A stretch of DNA of 64,000 nucleotides from Andalucia godoyi And28 (lineage: Eukaryota; Protista; Jakobida), in assembly GCA_009859145.1 (NCBI GenBank), contig VRVR01000023.1, positions 255,494 through 319,493 of the forward strand, in the 5' to 3' direction. The notes below the pieces were generated by a model. The model was not told the origin of the DNA. It saw only the letters and a program-made list of their open reading frames with translations, and did not search any database. Below are positions 50,502 to 60,389 of the stretch, piece after piece. Every line of letters begins with the position of its first letter. Position 1 is the stretch's first letter. The translations under genes and the position numbers were made by a program.

Positions 50502-51222
50502 TCACACAATTGTGTGGATCCAATGAATGACATCCTGAGGATTCAGTGCGATGTCGATATTCTGTTTCCATGAGTTGTTGTTTGGAAACGCGAGGGAATC
50601 CACATTGAGCACATCATAAACGACTACGTCGTGACTGGCAGCCACGGGCGACTCCCATTTGGATATGAACACACACACAGGAATCTTACATTCTGTTTTT
50701 GCAATCAAGTCACGGAATTCAACACAAGCAACTGAAAAATCACTGGGATTTGCAGAATCTACTACGAAAATAATGCCCTTGGCACTCGAAAGATAGGTGT
50801 GCCACAACATCAGAAACGAGCCGCCGACTTCCCGGAGAGCAACGGTGGCTCCTTTCTTCAGCACAACATGCTCAATGTCCACACCGATCGTTGGCTGAGT
50901 GTCTGGAAGCTGGAACCGAGCAGGACCATGCTGCGTCTTCTTTCGGTCTTGCGCTGCAAGCTCTATTTTTCTCTTCCATCATTTGGTTCAAACAAACAAC
51001 GAAACAAAACAAAAAAAACCAATAAACGGAAACACAACCGTAGCAATACAAGGATGACAAACACAAAAGAGATCCGCGGAGGAAAACAAAAAAATGAGCA
51101 ATCGAATTCTTTCAAAACGCGGGGGATACTGGCCAAAAAACTCATCACAACATACCCTTGATTTGGAGAACCAGCGTGGATTTCCCAGAAAAAGAGCTTC
51201 CAAGAACCAGTACTTCAGACAT
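50502..51222 (-). CDS. ARL16: ADP-ribosylation-factor-like GTPase ARL16, 2 exons: join(50502..50962,51156..51222), 175 aa
   Basis: Exon 1 (found manually) encodes the P-loop MSEVLVLGSSFSGKST; phase-1 intron 50963-51155 (GTATGT..TAG; an acceptor 9 nt further on is also in phase). Exon 2 has TQPTIGV, LREVGGS..W..Y and IIFVVDSAN, typical of ARL16. Confidence 0.82.
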
Positions 51223-51507
51223 TACTGCATATTCTCTTCCAATGATTCGCCGTGCCAAAAAACCACGTTCAAAACCATTTAAGCACGGCAGAAGAAGGAG
51301 GAAAAAAAAAAATTGGAAGGGGAAAAGAGATGCGGTCGATGTGTGTCGACACCATGGTCATCCGACAACAGTCCCATCATTGGCTCGGCAATGATCGACT
51401 ATCACGCAGTCGAAAAACAGCATGGGTGCTCCGCCACATGACCAGTTCGTTCTGCTGCAGACGAGTTGGCGCACTGACACCCCGAACGTGTAGGAGTACT
51501 TGCAGAG

Positions 51508-54500
51508 ATGACGGAAAATCACACAGCACTGCGCTCAGAAGATGTTGTCAACCTCTGTCTGAACCTCAACACGTCCTCCCGAAATTGCGATGGTGTTCTG
51601 GCGCTACGACAAAAGGTAGTCTGTGCGGAGATGCGGTCCGCTGAGAAGTTTCGAGAAAGTGCTCTTTCGTATCTTGATTCGCTTTGGAAGATTGAGGTTA
51701 TTAATGAAAAGGAGCCTGCGGATGCTCCTTCCGTTTCTGCTAATCCCACGATCCGGTACGGTGACAGCGTTCGTCTTATCCACCATATTCGAGAGCGAGC
51801 ACTGTGTCTCAGTCGCGACTGCGCCGATGACAAGACCGGACAGCTGCTGCCGTTTGTCGAAGATAACGAGTCTGCGTCGTCTTCAAAGAATAGTGCTTCG
51901 TGTGTCTGGGTTGTGCAGCCTGGATTTCGGACGCGCACAGTAGGAGATGCTGTGATGCCGAATGATGCTGTTGTTTTGTTCCATCCCTTCACGCAGTACT
52001 ACATCATTTTCCCAGAGGTATACGATGCCATCCGGGACGGATGTTGTCCAAAATTAGTGGGTTCTCCGCTACCTCGCTGTTCGTGGAGGATAGTGTTTCA
52101 CTCGACGAATGCACATTCGCGATGGACGATGGGACAAGTCTCCAAGATTGTGCACTGCGAATCAAAACGGGTATTATGTACGACTCCCCAAATTTTGGAA
52201 GAGAGAGTTTCTGATGGCCAAAATGCAAGTCATCAAGATGGTGTGAAAATTGGAAATTCTCTGCTCAATCCTTTCACATCCGTTTCCAATTTGATTTCTG
52301 ATTCGCTTTGCTATCGGCATCGCGTGGCCTCCGATTCCATGGACAATCCGTTGTTTTCGTCGCAGCTGTGGATTATCGAGCCGCTGGATCCGTTGCGAAC
52401 TGGGACAGACATTCGATTTGGAGACGAGGTCCGTTTCAGGCACCTTCCTACGCAAACCTGGCTGTCGCTTGACAAGTCTCAGTCAGTGTTTGCACCTGAA
52501 GACCGCGATGAGTTGAATATCACCGTTTTGGAAACAGGAGGAGCACGTGGCACAGGAGGCACAGGAGGCACAGGAGACACAGGAGGAACAGGGGGGAATG
52601 GAGCAGTCGAAGAAAAGAAATCGATTTTGAGCCTGTTGAAATTGTTCCGCAGCGCTACTGCTGCACAAGAGTCCGCAGAAGCGGGAGGCAAGGCCGCTGG
52701 ATCTTCCAATGTTTCAGTCCCGCAGTCCAGACCTCTTTATCTGACTCCAGAGACAGGAGATGTCTTTGTAATTTCACCGCTGGAGCTTCTGTCATCTGTT
52801 CCGCTTATGCACTCCTCTTATTTTTGCATCGTGCACAAGAAGTCCGGGAGGAGTCTGTGCATGAGTGTGAACGGAGTTCCAGTTCTTCGACACGAGCGCG
52901 ATATTTCCAATGCATATCGTTTTTCTTCTGTCGATTCTTCAAGCCTGAGCGCATTGGTCGACGCGGTGAATGCGCTGGACGTCCTTTTGGACGGGTCCAT
53001 GGCTGCATGGAACTCGTTCATCTTTGCTTCGAAGCTGGAGCAAAATTCGTTTGTATCCTTACACGGGCTTCAGTACATTCTTTGGAAGCTACGGAAAATC
53101 CGACACGACATTGACGACGACTCGGATTCAGATGCAGAGGATACAGAATCCGCAAACCCACTTTCTACCTCATCTGCGACGAAGACACCGAAGAACGTGA
53201 GACATTGTCCTGCGTTGCAGTCGCTTCTGCGTTTTTTGAGGTTGGTGTGCGAGGATAACGAGGATGCATGCAGTTCCTTGGATTCCAGCGCAATATCTCT
53301 TATCATGAGTTTTGCAAGAGAGTTTTCGTTCGAGTATTCTCGCACCGCAGTTGAAGCGCTGACGACGATTTTCCTTTCTTCTTTCTTTCAGCGAAACTCC
53401 TTGGATTCCGATGATTTTGTCGATTTTTTCGAGTTGTATTCTGCAGCGGCGGAGCTTCCGAGCTTCCGGATTCTACTGTTGAATTTATTGTCGGCCCTGT
53501 GCTTCAATTGTCCTCGAAACAGAGCAGCAATCGGGTTAGTGCTTCCGAAATCGATATGTCATGTTTATTCTATCTCGGAACTCGATCGGTCTGTGACGGT
53601 TTTGCAAATTGGTTCAAGCTCTCCTCGTTTGCCCTTCGCATCTGCTCTGCAGAGGGGTGAGACCGAGCCTCTGCACCTCGCGTTTTTGCGCTTCGCCATT
53701 GTTCTTTGCGATTCCGAACAAACCAGGGAAAAGAAGGGGTTTGTTCAGCCCGTTTTACAGCAGTGTCTGCCTTTGTTTCTCATAACACGAGTAATTGCCG
53801 AGGCTCCCACGCATGTTGAATTGCGCATTTCTCTTCTAAGATTGATTCGTTTACTCTACGTTGAGTACGATGCAATGCATTTTTCTGTCGAATTCGTTCG
53901 TCCGATACTGGCGAGTGGCTCCGCAGATGCATCGGCAGGCTTCACCTCTGAATCGCCGAATGACTCTCGTGTTACGGAATTGATGCATACCAGCGGAACC
54001 ATGCAAAAGGCGGGGGAGGAGGGCTTCTTGGCGCTTCGAAATTTATTGAAGACCCTCGTAAGCGACCCAAATATTTCGTATCAGTTATTGCATGAAATTT
54101 TGCAAGTTGTTGCGTCATATATACGATTTCGGACATTTGAAAATCGTACGTTTCCAGCTCCCGAAGTGCGAGACATGTTTGTTCCTCTGTTTTCGATTCT
54201 AGTCACATTTTGCGACATCCCGATTGCTGCAGAGGCCGGGGGCGCCAAGGACGAAGCTTCGCGACTGTCTTTAAACATGCGAAGAAGAACGGCACAATCA
54301 GCGCAGGAAACAGAGTTGCGGACAACGAAGATTCCCTTGTCGATCCTCGAAATACTGCAAATTGCGCAACAGGTCTTTCTTGACAGACGCCTTGGAATGC
54401 TGCACAACATGTATGAACGGTCTTCTTCCGAAGATGTCTTTTCTTCTTCTGCAGAAGTCTTCGAGGTCTCGCTTTCTGCGCTTTTGGAAGAGTACGAATT

Positions 54501-57500
54501 GCGCGAAGCATTCAAAAGTGTGATGGTTCATTTATTTTCCACTGATACGAATGCGCATGATATCGGTGCACTTGCATTGCACATTATGGATCATGAAGAA
54601 AGACTCGAACACGTGACGCTTGCCTACTTTTTTAGCTGCAGAGTTGTATCCCTTGCTGTCCGAAACGTGAACCTTTCCGAGATTAAGTCGTTTGTTTGGA
54701 GCAACCTGAAATCACTGTCACTGGTGCTATTGAGCCCAGCAATACTGATTGATAATCTATCATTAGTTGCGCTTCCGGCTTTGGATGCGCTCTGTCTGGT
54801 TCTGGATTCCAGCTATGCACCCATTGCTCGAGAATACATGTGCGTTTGGGACCTTCCTGCTGCTTTGCTTCCTATTTTCACGCCATTGTTCACGTCTCAG
54901 TACGCAGAGAATCTTCGAGAGGTGTATGTGCGTGCCTATGATCTGGTGACAAAATTTGTTTCCGGCCACGGGGATGCAGCCTCGAGAATCGTAGCGCGTG
55001 CTCCTATCTATCGCGATTCAACGCGCCGTTTGGTCAAGTATTATCCAAAGGAGGTCACGAACCTTTGGAGCCAGGCTGTCGTTGCCAATCCCCAAGCTGT
55101 GTGGTCCTTCATTTTGGATGAAGCGAGCATCAAGGAGATTTGCGCGTCACCAATTCAGCAAATTGCAGCCTTTCTTGTTTCGCTGACGACTCACGAGGAA
55201 ACCCCAAAATGGTATTTCACGGTTGCGCTGCGGTCTCTCTTGGAATGTAATGCGAGCATGGATTCCTTCAAGAAGGGTTTCGCGCCGACTTCCATACTAG
55301 AACCAGTTGTTGTCGGGGTTTTGGCAGCGTTGTCCAGTTGCAGGGACCCAGTTGTGGAACGAACATGTCGATCTCTGATCCCGCTGAAGGTTCTGAGAAG
55401 CCATGTGGATGAGTCCGTTGAATATATGACATTTTTTGTGAACCTCTTTTTACGATCCATGTTCGGAGATGATCTGTCCGAGTCCGCTGAATGCTCTCTG
55501 CTTCCTGCAATATTTCGATTCTTGTCGGAGAAAGTACAGGCAGTTTTGAGCGATCATGGCAGGCTGGAGTCCGAGAAACTAGAGTTGTTTCGAAACGTAT
55601 ATCTATCTCCGTTTATTGCTTTTTTGGAATCCCTGTTTGCAGCAGGGGATCGCGCAAACGTGCCCCAGTGGATGGAGATTGTCCGCATGGAAATTTGCGC
55701 GTCATTTTCGCTGTGGAATACGGTTTCTGGACAGTTTTCGTCGCAGCTATTGAAAGAGCGCATTACGTACTTGTTTACGTTGAATCAGCAAATCGAAGAG
55801 CGAAACAACAAGGTGTCTCTGAAGGACAGGCTCAAGAACTCCGTATCGCGGCATAAGTCAACTGCGAGCGGGAAAGCGTTCGCCGCCAGCGATGCAATGT
55901 CGGATGCAGATCACGAGGATGTCCCCATGCTGGACGTCGAAAGTGAAGGATCGGATATGACTGACGCTTCTTCGGAAGGTACGACCAACAGTTCAAATGG
56001 AGATGAAATCGTGGAGGATGCTTTCAAGGTCTTTCAGCGAGACGTGCTGAGTGAATTTTCCTCTGCACTCGATGAGCAACGAGAAAACCGACACATATTC
56101 CTCCAAAATTTGCCGACTGAAACGCTGCGACGTTTTCTGAATTTCATTGGTTCGAGCCCGGAGTGGTTTACGTCTTCCGAGAAACAAATGTGGATCCGAT
56201 ATTGGCTATCCCTGATTCGCGATTTTTCGGGCCGGTCCATGGACAATCAGTCCCGTCTTGATGACGCTGGGGCGACTATCCGCATTCTGGAGACGCTTAG
56301 AGACAGTCGTTTGCTTCCCAGAGCAGATCGGCTTCTGTATCAAGCCGAAGCCCTGCAAACGCTGATGTTCTTGGCGAAGAATGGTAACACTTCGGTGCAG
56401 AGGACAATTCTGAATTTTGTGGAAACCGTTGATGGATTCTTGATTGATTTGCTATTAGAGGTTCTGCGAAATGCAAAATTTGGACAGCATGCTTCCGACG
56501 CTTCTTTGGAAGTGTTGCTGGCCTCCCCGAACCCGTTCAAAGAACATGTCACCTCCTTCATTGACAAGCCTTTTGATGATGGATTGCCATCCGCAGAGAG
56601 GTCTTTCGTCTCTGTGACAGAACCGCTGATGATCGTCCTTGGCTTGATTCAACAGCTGTGTGAAGGCCACAATTTAAGAGCGCAGATTGCGCTAGGCTCT
56701 CTCGTTGAGCCGTTGTTGCAGCTGTTCCTATTGTTTTTCAGGCCGGACCGGCTCACATCGCGTCTTCCAACAGTATGGACCCAAGTCTTGCGGACGCTTT
56801 CGGAGCTTGTCCAGGGTCCTTGCGCACAGAATCAGACGGCGTTCTTGTTATTCGTCACCAAGCACGATGTGCTGCAGCAGATTGCGTCTTTCAGGCCTCG
56901 CATTCTTGAGATCCTTGCGGACAGGATGCCAGAAAAGAGTCTGAAGAAGTACCACAAGAAGTATGTGCGAATCAACAACAAGAAACTACGGACGAATGCA
57001 CTTGACGAATTCGGCGACGCCGGTGACGGTGTTTTTGAGCGAGATGACGACGAAGAGGACGACGATGGTTTTGAAGCTGCATGGGTGGTTCCCATGTTGG
57101 CATCCACAAAGAATGAGTGGCAATTTCTGTCAGAGTTTGTGACGCTCATTCGTTCGCTGCTGGAAGGAGGTCAGTATTTGCAACAGATCAACGCGCTCTC
57201 TCTGATCCTGCTCCCGTCTTACTGGCTTGTTCAGAGTCTCCGCATGTACTTCTTGTATCGCCACCTAAGACGTGGCGATCCGGTTTCGGCGGAAAATTTG
57301 CTCGTCAATTGCATCGCGCCGTGCTATCTGTTGTATCGCTCGATATCACTGAGTTCCGACCAAGCACGCATTCCGCCGTTGGACAGGTACATTGGCTGTG
57401 TGGAGATTACGTACCCAGATGGCTTTGTTGGCCCTTACACGTATCTCAAACCAATTTGGAACGTCCAACTTCGTAGTGCAGATCGAAAGCTTGTCGTTTT

Positions 57501-58860
57501 CAATGTGGATCGATCTTCCCCGATCGACAAGGTTTCATCACTGGTTGAAACGTCCAAGGAGTGGTCGCCGATTTTGAAAACCAGAGAAAAGATCTTCAAG
57601 GCAAATCCGCTGGCTCCTCATTCCAGGCAGATATTTTCTGTTCTCCGTATCATCACGAATCTCTTGATCATTCTTTTCAATGTTGGTGTGGTCATCAACT
57701 GGCCATTCACTCTTGAAGAGAAGTCAACGGGCGTTGTCGCATTGTCATCAATTTGCGTCGCCTTGCTTGTCTGCAGAGTCGGACACTTTTTCATTCTTGA
57801 CTTTGCGGATTACGTTTCCAAACCTTGGCGAGGGCTCGTTCCGTTTTCTTATTTGCTGTTCTTGGTTGCGATGAATGTTCTTGCGCTGACTGTCCACAAA
57901 TTCTTTTATGCCGCGCTCCTTGTGGATTTGGTTCTTCAGTCGGAAATCATGCGATCCGTGTTCATGAGCATCACGAAGAACGGTATTGCCATCCTGCTTA
58001 CGCTGTTGTTCATTGTGATTGTGTTGTATTTCTTTTCGCTGTATGCGTTTGCGACGGTTTCCGACCGGTTTGTGGATGCCGATGGTAATTCTACTTGTAC
58101 GTCTGTTCCACGGTGTTTTGCGAATTTGTTGACGAGCTTTCCCTCCAATGGTGATAAGGTTTCGAGCGTGATGGATCTAGCACGCAGGCCGTCCAATTTT
58201 ATCTTTTTCGTTCTTTTCTGGCTTTGCATCATGGTGTTTTTGCTGAATATTCTCTTCGGTTTGATCGTTGATGCTTTTGGTTCCGAAAGAGAAGCAAAAC
58301 AAGAAGTGGTAGACGACTGTTACGAACGATGTTTTATCTGTGCCATCGAGTCTGCTCGGTTGGATCGTGAGCGGCAGCCGATTGGTTTCCGAGGACACAT
58401 CAAACAGGAGCATAACATGTGGGATTACTTCTTTTTGGTCGCCCAAGTTCTGGATAAGGTCCACTTTGTTGGTGAGACAGAATTGAACGGGGTTGAGACT
58501 CTCATATTGCGCGGACTGAGTGATGGTCGATGCGGGTTTTTCCCCCTGCACCGATCATTCTGGCTGGAGCAGCATGGCATGCGGAGCAGCAGCGAGCCAG
58601 TACCGCAGTTGGTTGGATCCAAAACAGAAGTTCAGGACGGTGCTGTGCAAGATGCTTCAGATGTTTCGTTTCTGCAGGTTGTTGATGATACTATTCGAGA
58701 TTTGCTGGAGCGAGTTTCCGTAGTGGAACGTGAAAACGCGGCCAAAGCAGAACGCCTCGAGAGCATTCAAATGGCTCTCCAGGCGCAGATGGTGGCATTG
58801 CAGCAGTCTCATGATTCGCTGGCGAGTTCTGTTTCTCAAGCCGAGGTTATTCCAGGATGA
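51508..58860 (+). CDS. Inositol-1,4,5-trisphosphate/ryanodine receptor family Ca2+-release channel (2450 aa)
   Basis: MIR-like repeats (IRYGDSVRLIH, IRFGDEVRFRHLPTQTWL), RIH-associated segments (LIQQLCEGHN, LSELVQGPCAQNQ), six-TM region ending ILFGLIVDAFG, and CFIC..HIKQEHNMWDY zinc site. Confidence 0.9.
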   Translation: MTENHTALRSEDVVNLCLNLNTSSRNCDGVLALRQKVVCAEMRSAEKFRESALSYLDSLWKIEVINEKEPADAPSVSANPTIRYGDSVRLIHHIRERALCLSRDCADDKTGQLLPFVEDNESASSSKNSASCVWVVQPGFRTRTVGDAVMPNDAVVLFHPFTQYYIIFPEVYDAIRDGCCPKLVGSPLPRCSWRIVFHSTNAHSRWTMGQVSKIVHCESKRVLCTTPQILEERVSDGQNASHQDGVKIGNSLLNPFTSVSNLISDSLCYRHRVASDSMDNPLFSSQLWIIEPLDPLRTGTDIRFGDEVRFRHLPTQTWLSLDKSQSVFAPEDRDELNITVLETGGARGTGGTGGTGDTGGTGGNGAVEEKKSILSLLKLFRSATAAQESAEAGGKAAGSSNVSVPQSRPLYLTPETGDVFVISPLELLSSVPLMHSSYFCIVHKKSGRSLCMSVNGVPVLRHERDISNAYRFSSVDSSSLSALVDAVNALDVLLDGSMAAWNSFIFASKLEQNSFVSLHGLQYILWKLRKIRHDIDDDSDSDAEDTESANPLSTSSATKTPKNVRHCPALQSLLRFLRLVCEDNEDACSSLDSSAISLIMSFAREFSFEYSRTAVEALTTIFLSSFFQRNSLDSDDFVDFFELYSAAAELPSFRILLLNLLSALCFNCPRNRAAIGLVLPKSICHVYSISELDRSVTVLQIGSSSPRLPFASALQRGETEPLHLAFLRFAIVLCDSEQTREKKGFVQPVLQQCLPLFLITRVIAEAPTHVELRISLLRLIRLLYVEYDAMHFSVEFVRPILASGSADASAGFTSESPNDSRVTELMHTSGTMQKAGEEGFLALRNLLKTLVSDPNISYQLLHEILQVVASYIRFRTFENRTFPAPEVRDMFVPLFSILVTFCDIPIAAEAGGAKDEASRLSLNMRRRTAQSAQETELRTTKIPLSILEILQIAQQVFLDRRLGMLHNMYERSSSEDVFSSSAEVFEVSLSALLEEYELREAFKSVMVHLFSTDTNAHDIGALALHIMDHEERLEHVTLAYFFSCRVVSLAVRNVNLSEIKSFVWSNLKSLSLVLLSPAILIDNLSLVALPALDALCLVLDSSYAPIAREYMCVWDLPAALLPIFTPLFTSQYAENLREVYVRAYDLVTKFVSGHGDAASRIVARAPIYRDSTRRLVKYYPKEVTNLWSQAVVANPQAVWSFILDEASIKEICASPIQQIAAFLVSLTTHEETPKWYFTVALRSLLECNASMDSFKKGFAPTSILEPVVVGVLAALSSCRDPVVERTCRSLIPLKVLRSHVDESVEYMTFFVNLFLRSMFGDDLSESAECSLLPAIFRFLSEKVQAVLSDHGRLESEKLELFRNVYLSPFIAFLESLFAAGDRANVPQWMEIVRMEICASFSLWNTVSGQFSSQLLKERITYLFTLNQQIEERNNKVSLKDRLKNSVSRHKSTASGKAFAASDAMSDADHEDVPMLDVESEGSDMTDASSEGTTNSSNGDEIVEDAFKVFQRDVLSEFSSALDEQRENRHIFLQNLPTETLRRFLNFIGSSPEWFTSSEKQMWIRYWLSLIRDFSGRSMDNQSRLDDAGATIRILETLRDSRLLPRADRLLYQAEALQTLMFLAKNGNTSVQRTILNFVETVDGFLIDLLLEVLRNAKFGQHASDASLEVLLASPNPFKEHVTSFIDKPFDDGLPSAERSFVSVTEPLMIVLGLIQQLCEGHNLRAQIALGSLVEPLLQLFLLFFRPDRLTSRLPTVWTQVLRTLSELVQGPCAQNQTAFLLFVTKHDVLQQIASFRPRILEILADRMPEKSLKKYHKKYVRINNKKLRTNALDEFGDAGDGVFERDDDEEDDDGFEAAWVVPMLASTKNEWQFLSEFVTLIRSLLEGGQYLQQINALSLILLPSYWLVQSLRMYFLYRHLRRGDPVSAENLLVNCIAPCYLLYRSISLSSDQARIPPLDRYIGCVEITYPDGFVGPYTYLKPIWNVQLRSADRKLVVFNVDRSSPIDKVSSLVETSKEWSPILKTREKIFKANPLAPHSRQIFSVLRIITNLLIILFNVGVVINWPFTLEEKSTGVVALSSICVALLVCRVGHFFILDFADYVSKPWRGLVPFSYLLFLVAMNVLALTVHKFFYAALLVDLVLQSEIMRSVFMSITKNGIAILLTLLFIVIVLYFFSLYAFATVSDRFVDADGNSTCTSVPRCFANLLTSFPSNGDKVSSVMDLARRPSNFIFFVLFWLCIMVFLLNILFGLIVDAFGSEREAKQEVVDDCYERCFICAIESARLDRERQPIGFRGHIKQEHNMWDYFFLVAQVLDKVHFVGETELNGVETLILRGLSDGRCGFFPLHRSFWLEQHGMRSSSEPVPQLVGSKTEVQDGAVQDASDVSFLQVVDDTIRDLLERVSVVERENAAKAERLESIQMALQAQMVALQQSHDSLASSVSQAEVIPG

Positions 58861-58951
58861 GGAAAAGGAGAGAGGTGGAAAGGAAAAATGATGTTTCATT
58901 GTTTCATTAATAAAATTATTTGCAACCACCACCCCACAACAGCACGAGCTG

Positions 58952-59972
58952 TCATCTTCTGGCGCTGGTTCCCAGCGAGGAGGAGGAAGATGAAGAAGAG
59001 TGCAAGCGTGTCTGTGCGGAGGCAACCCACTGCTGCACCTCGGACTTCAGATCGTCATTGCTCTGTCGAAGCCGCGTGTTTTCCTCCAGCAATTGCGCTA
59101 TCATCGCATCCTTCGTGACCACAATCTTTTTGAATTTTTCATACGCATCCGCTCGGGCTTTCATTTCCCGCATCTCACGCGGAAACATCATCAACTCTTC
59201 CGGAGTTGCTCCGATGGAGGAGGAAGAGAATACAGGGACCGTTCTTCGAGAGAGCAAGTCGCACTCTCGCTTTAAATCATCAGCAGAATTCACAAACTGC
59301 AGCATATCCGTCTGTTTGGAACATGGCCCTGTGACTCTTGATATGAATTTGTGGATCTCGTCCTGGCGGTGTGAAATATCCGTCAGTCGATGCTCGATAC
59401 CAGACGATTTTTTTCTGAACTCGAGCTCAAGACGATCCAGCATATCTTGGCAGTCATACTGCGTCTCTCTGACAATATCCTCTTTTCGTGTTCGTAGTTG
59501 ATGGAGCAAAGCATCTCCTTGTGTCCTGGAAACATTGAGAGTGTCCGTCACAGGCATGAGAGCAAGATTCATGTGATTCACGATAATTTCGAGTTTCTGT
59601 CGATAAGCTTCCACAACGGGGATCAGTTGTCCTGCGACGGGGCCTTGTACCATTAACGTAGGTTCTGGAATCCCAGGGGATGCGGCGTCAGCGGGAGGTG
59701 CCGGCGCTGTGTCTTCCTTTGACTTCTCAGGCTTCTTTTCCTTTTCCTTTTTATCCTTTCCCTTCTCCTTCACGTCCTTGGGCTTTTTATCATCTGGGTG
59801 GCCATTCCGATGGAATTAGTATTCTCTGAAATTGTTGCATGTGGTTGCCATCGCGCTTTCTCTGTTGAGAAGAAAAAGAGCATCGGCGTTGGAAGCATAG
59901 AATCATACCTTTTGTTTTCTTGTCATCCTTCTTCTTGTCGTCCTTCTTCTTCTCCTTTGTCTTGTCTGCCAT
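58952..59972 (-). CDS. Coiled-coil protein with a Lys/Asp/Glu-rich N-terminus, 2 exons: join(58952..59793,59909..59972), 301 aa
   Basis: Phase-1 intron 59794-59908 (GTATGA..TACTAAT..CAG) joins the 59972 ATG exon to the GTG-initiated ORF seamlessly (KKTK-D-DKKPKD). Confidence 0.75.
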
Positions 59973-60389
59973 CTTCCCCGTTCTCCCTTCTCTCTACCAT
60001 GCGAGCTGTGCAGCGGAAGTTGGTTCTGGCAGTTTTTCTTCCAGCGGCAGGAACAGGAGAACGACAAAAAACCCGCAAGAAAAAGAAAAGAAAAAGAAAA
60101 ATAAAAAAAAGAGGCACGAGAATGCAAAAAGTAACGGGTGGCGACAGCATCACTTGATCCAGCTATCAGCAGCAAAACATCACTATGAACTGTGGGAGCC
60201 GGAATTCATCCACAGTCGTTTGCTTAATTTTTGCGTCCTTGGAGCATTTCTTCCCTTCTTACTCCGTTCCTCATTCACTGTCCTCCGCACGGCTACACTT
60301 ATTCATCATCAACGGTATTTTTTCCTCTCTCCTCTCTTTTCTCAAGGCGCTCCAAACAACGGCTGCACACCGCATGTCTTACCGATTCC

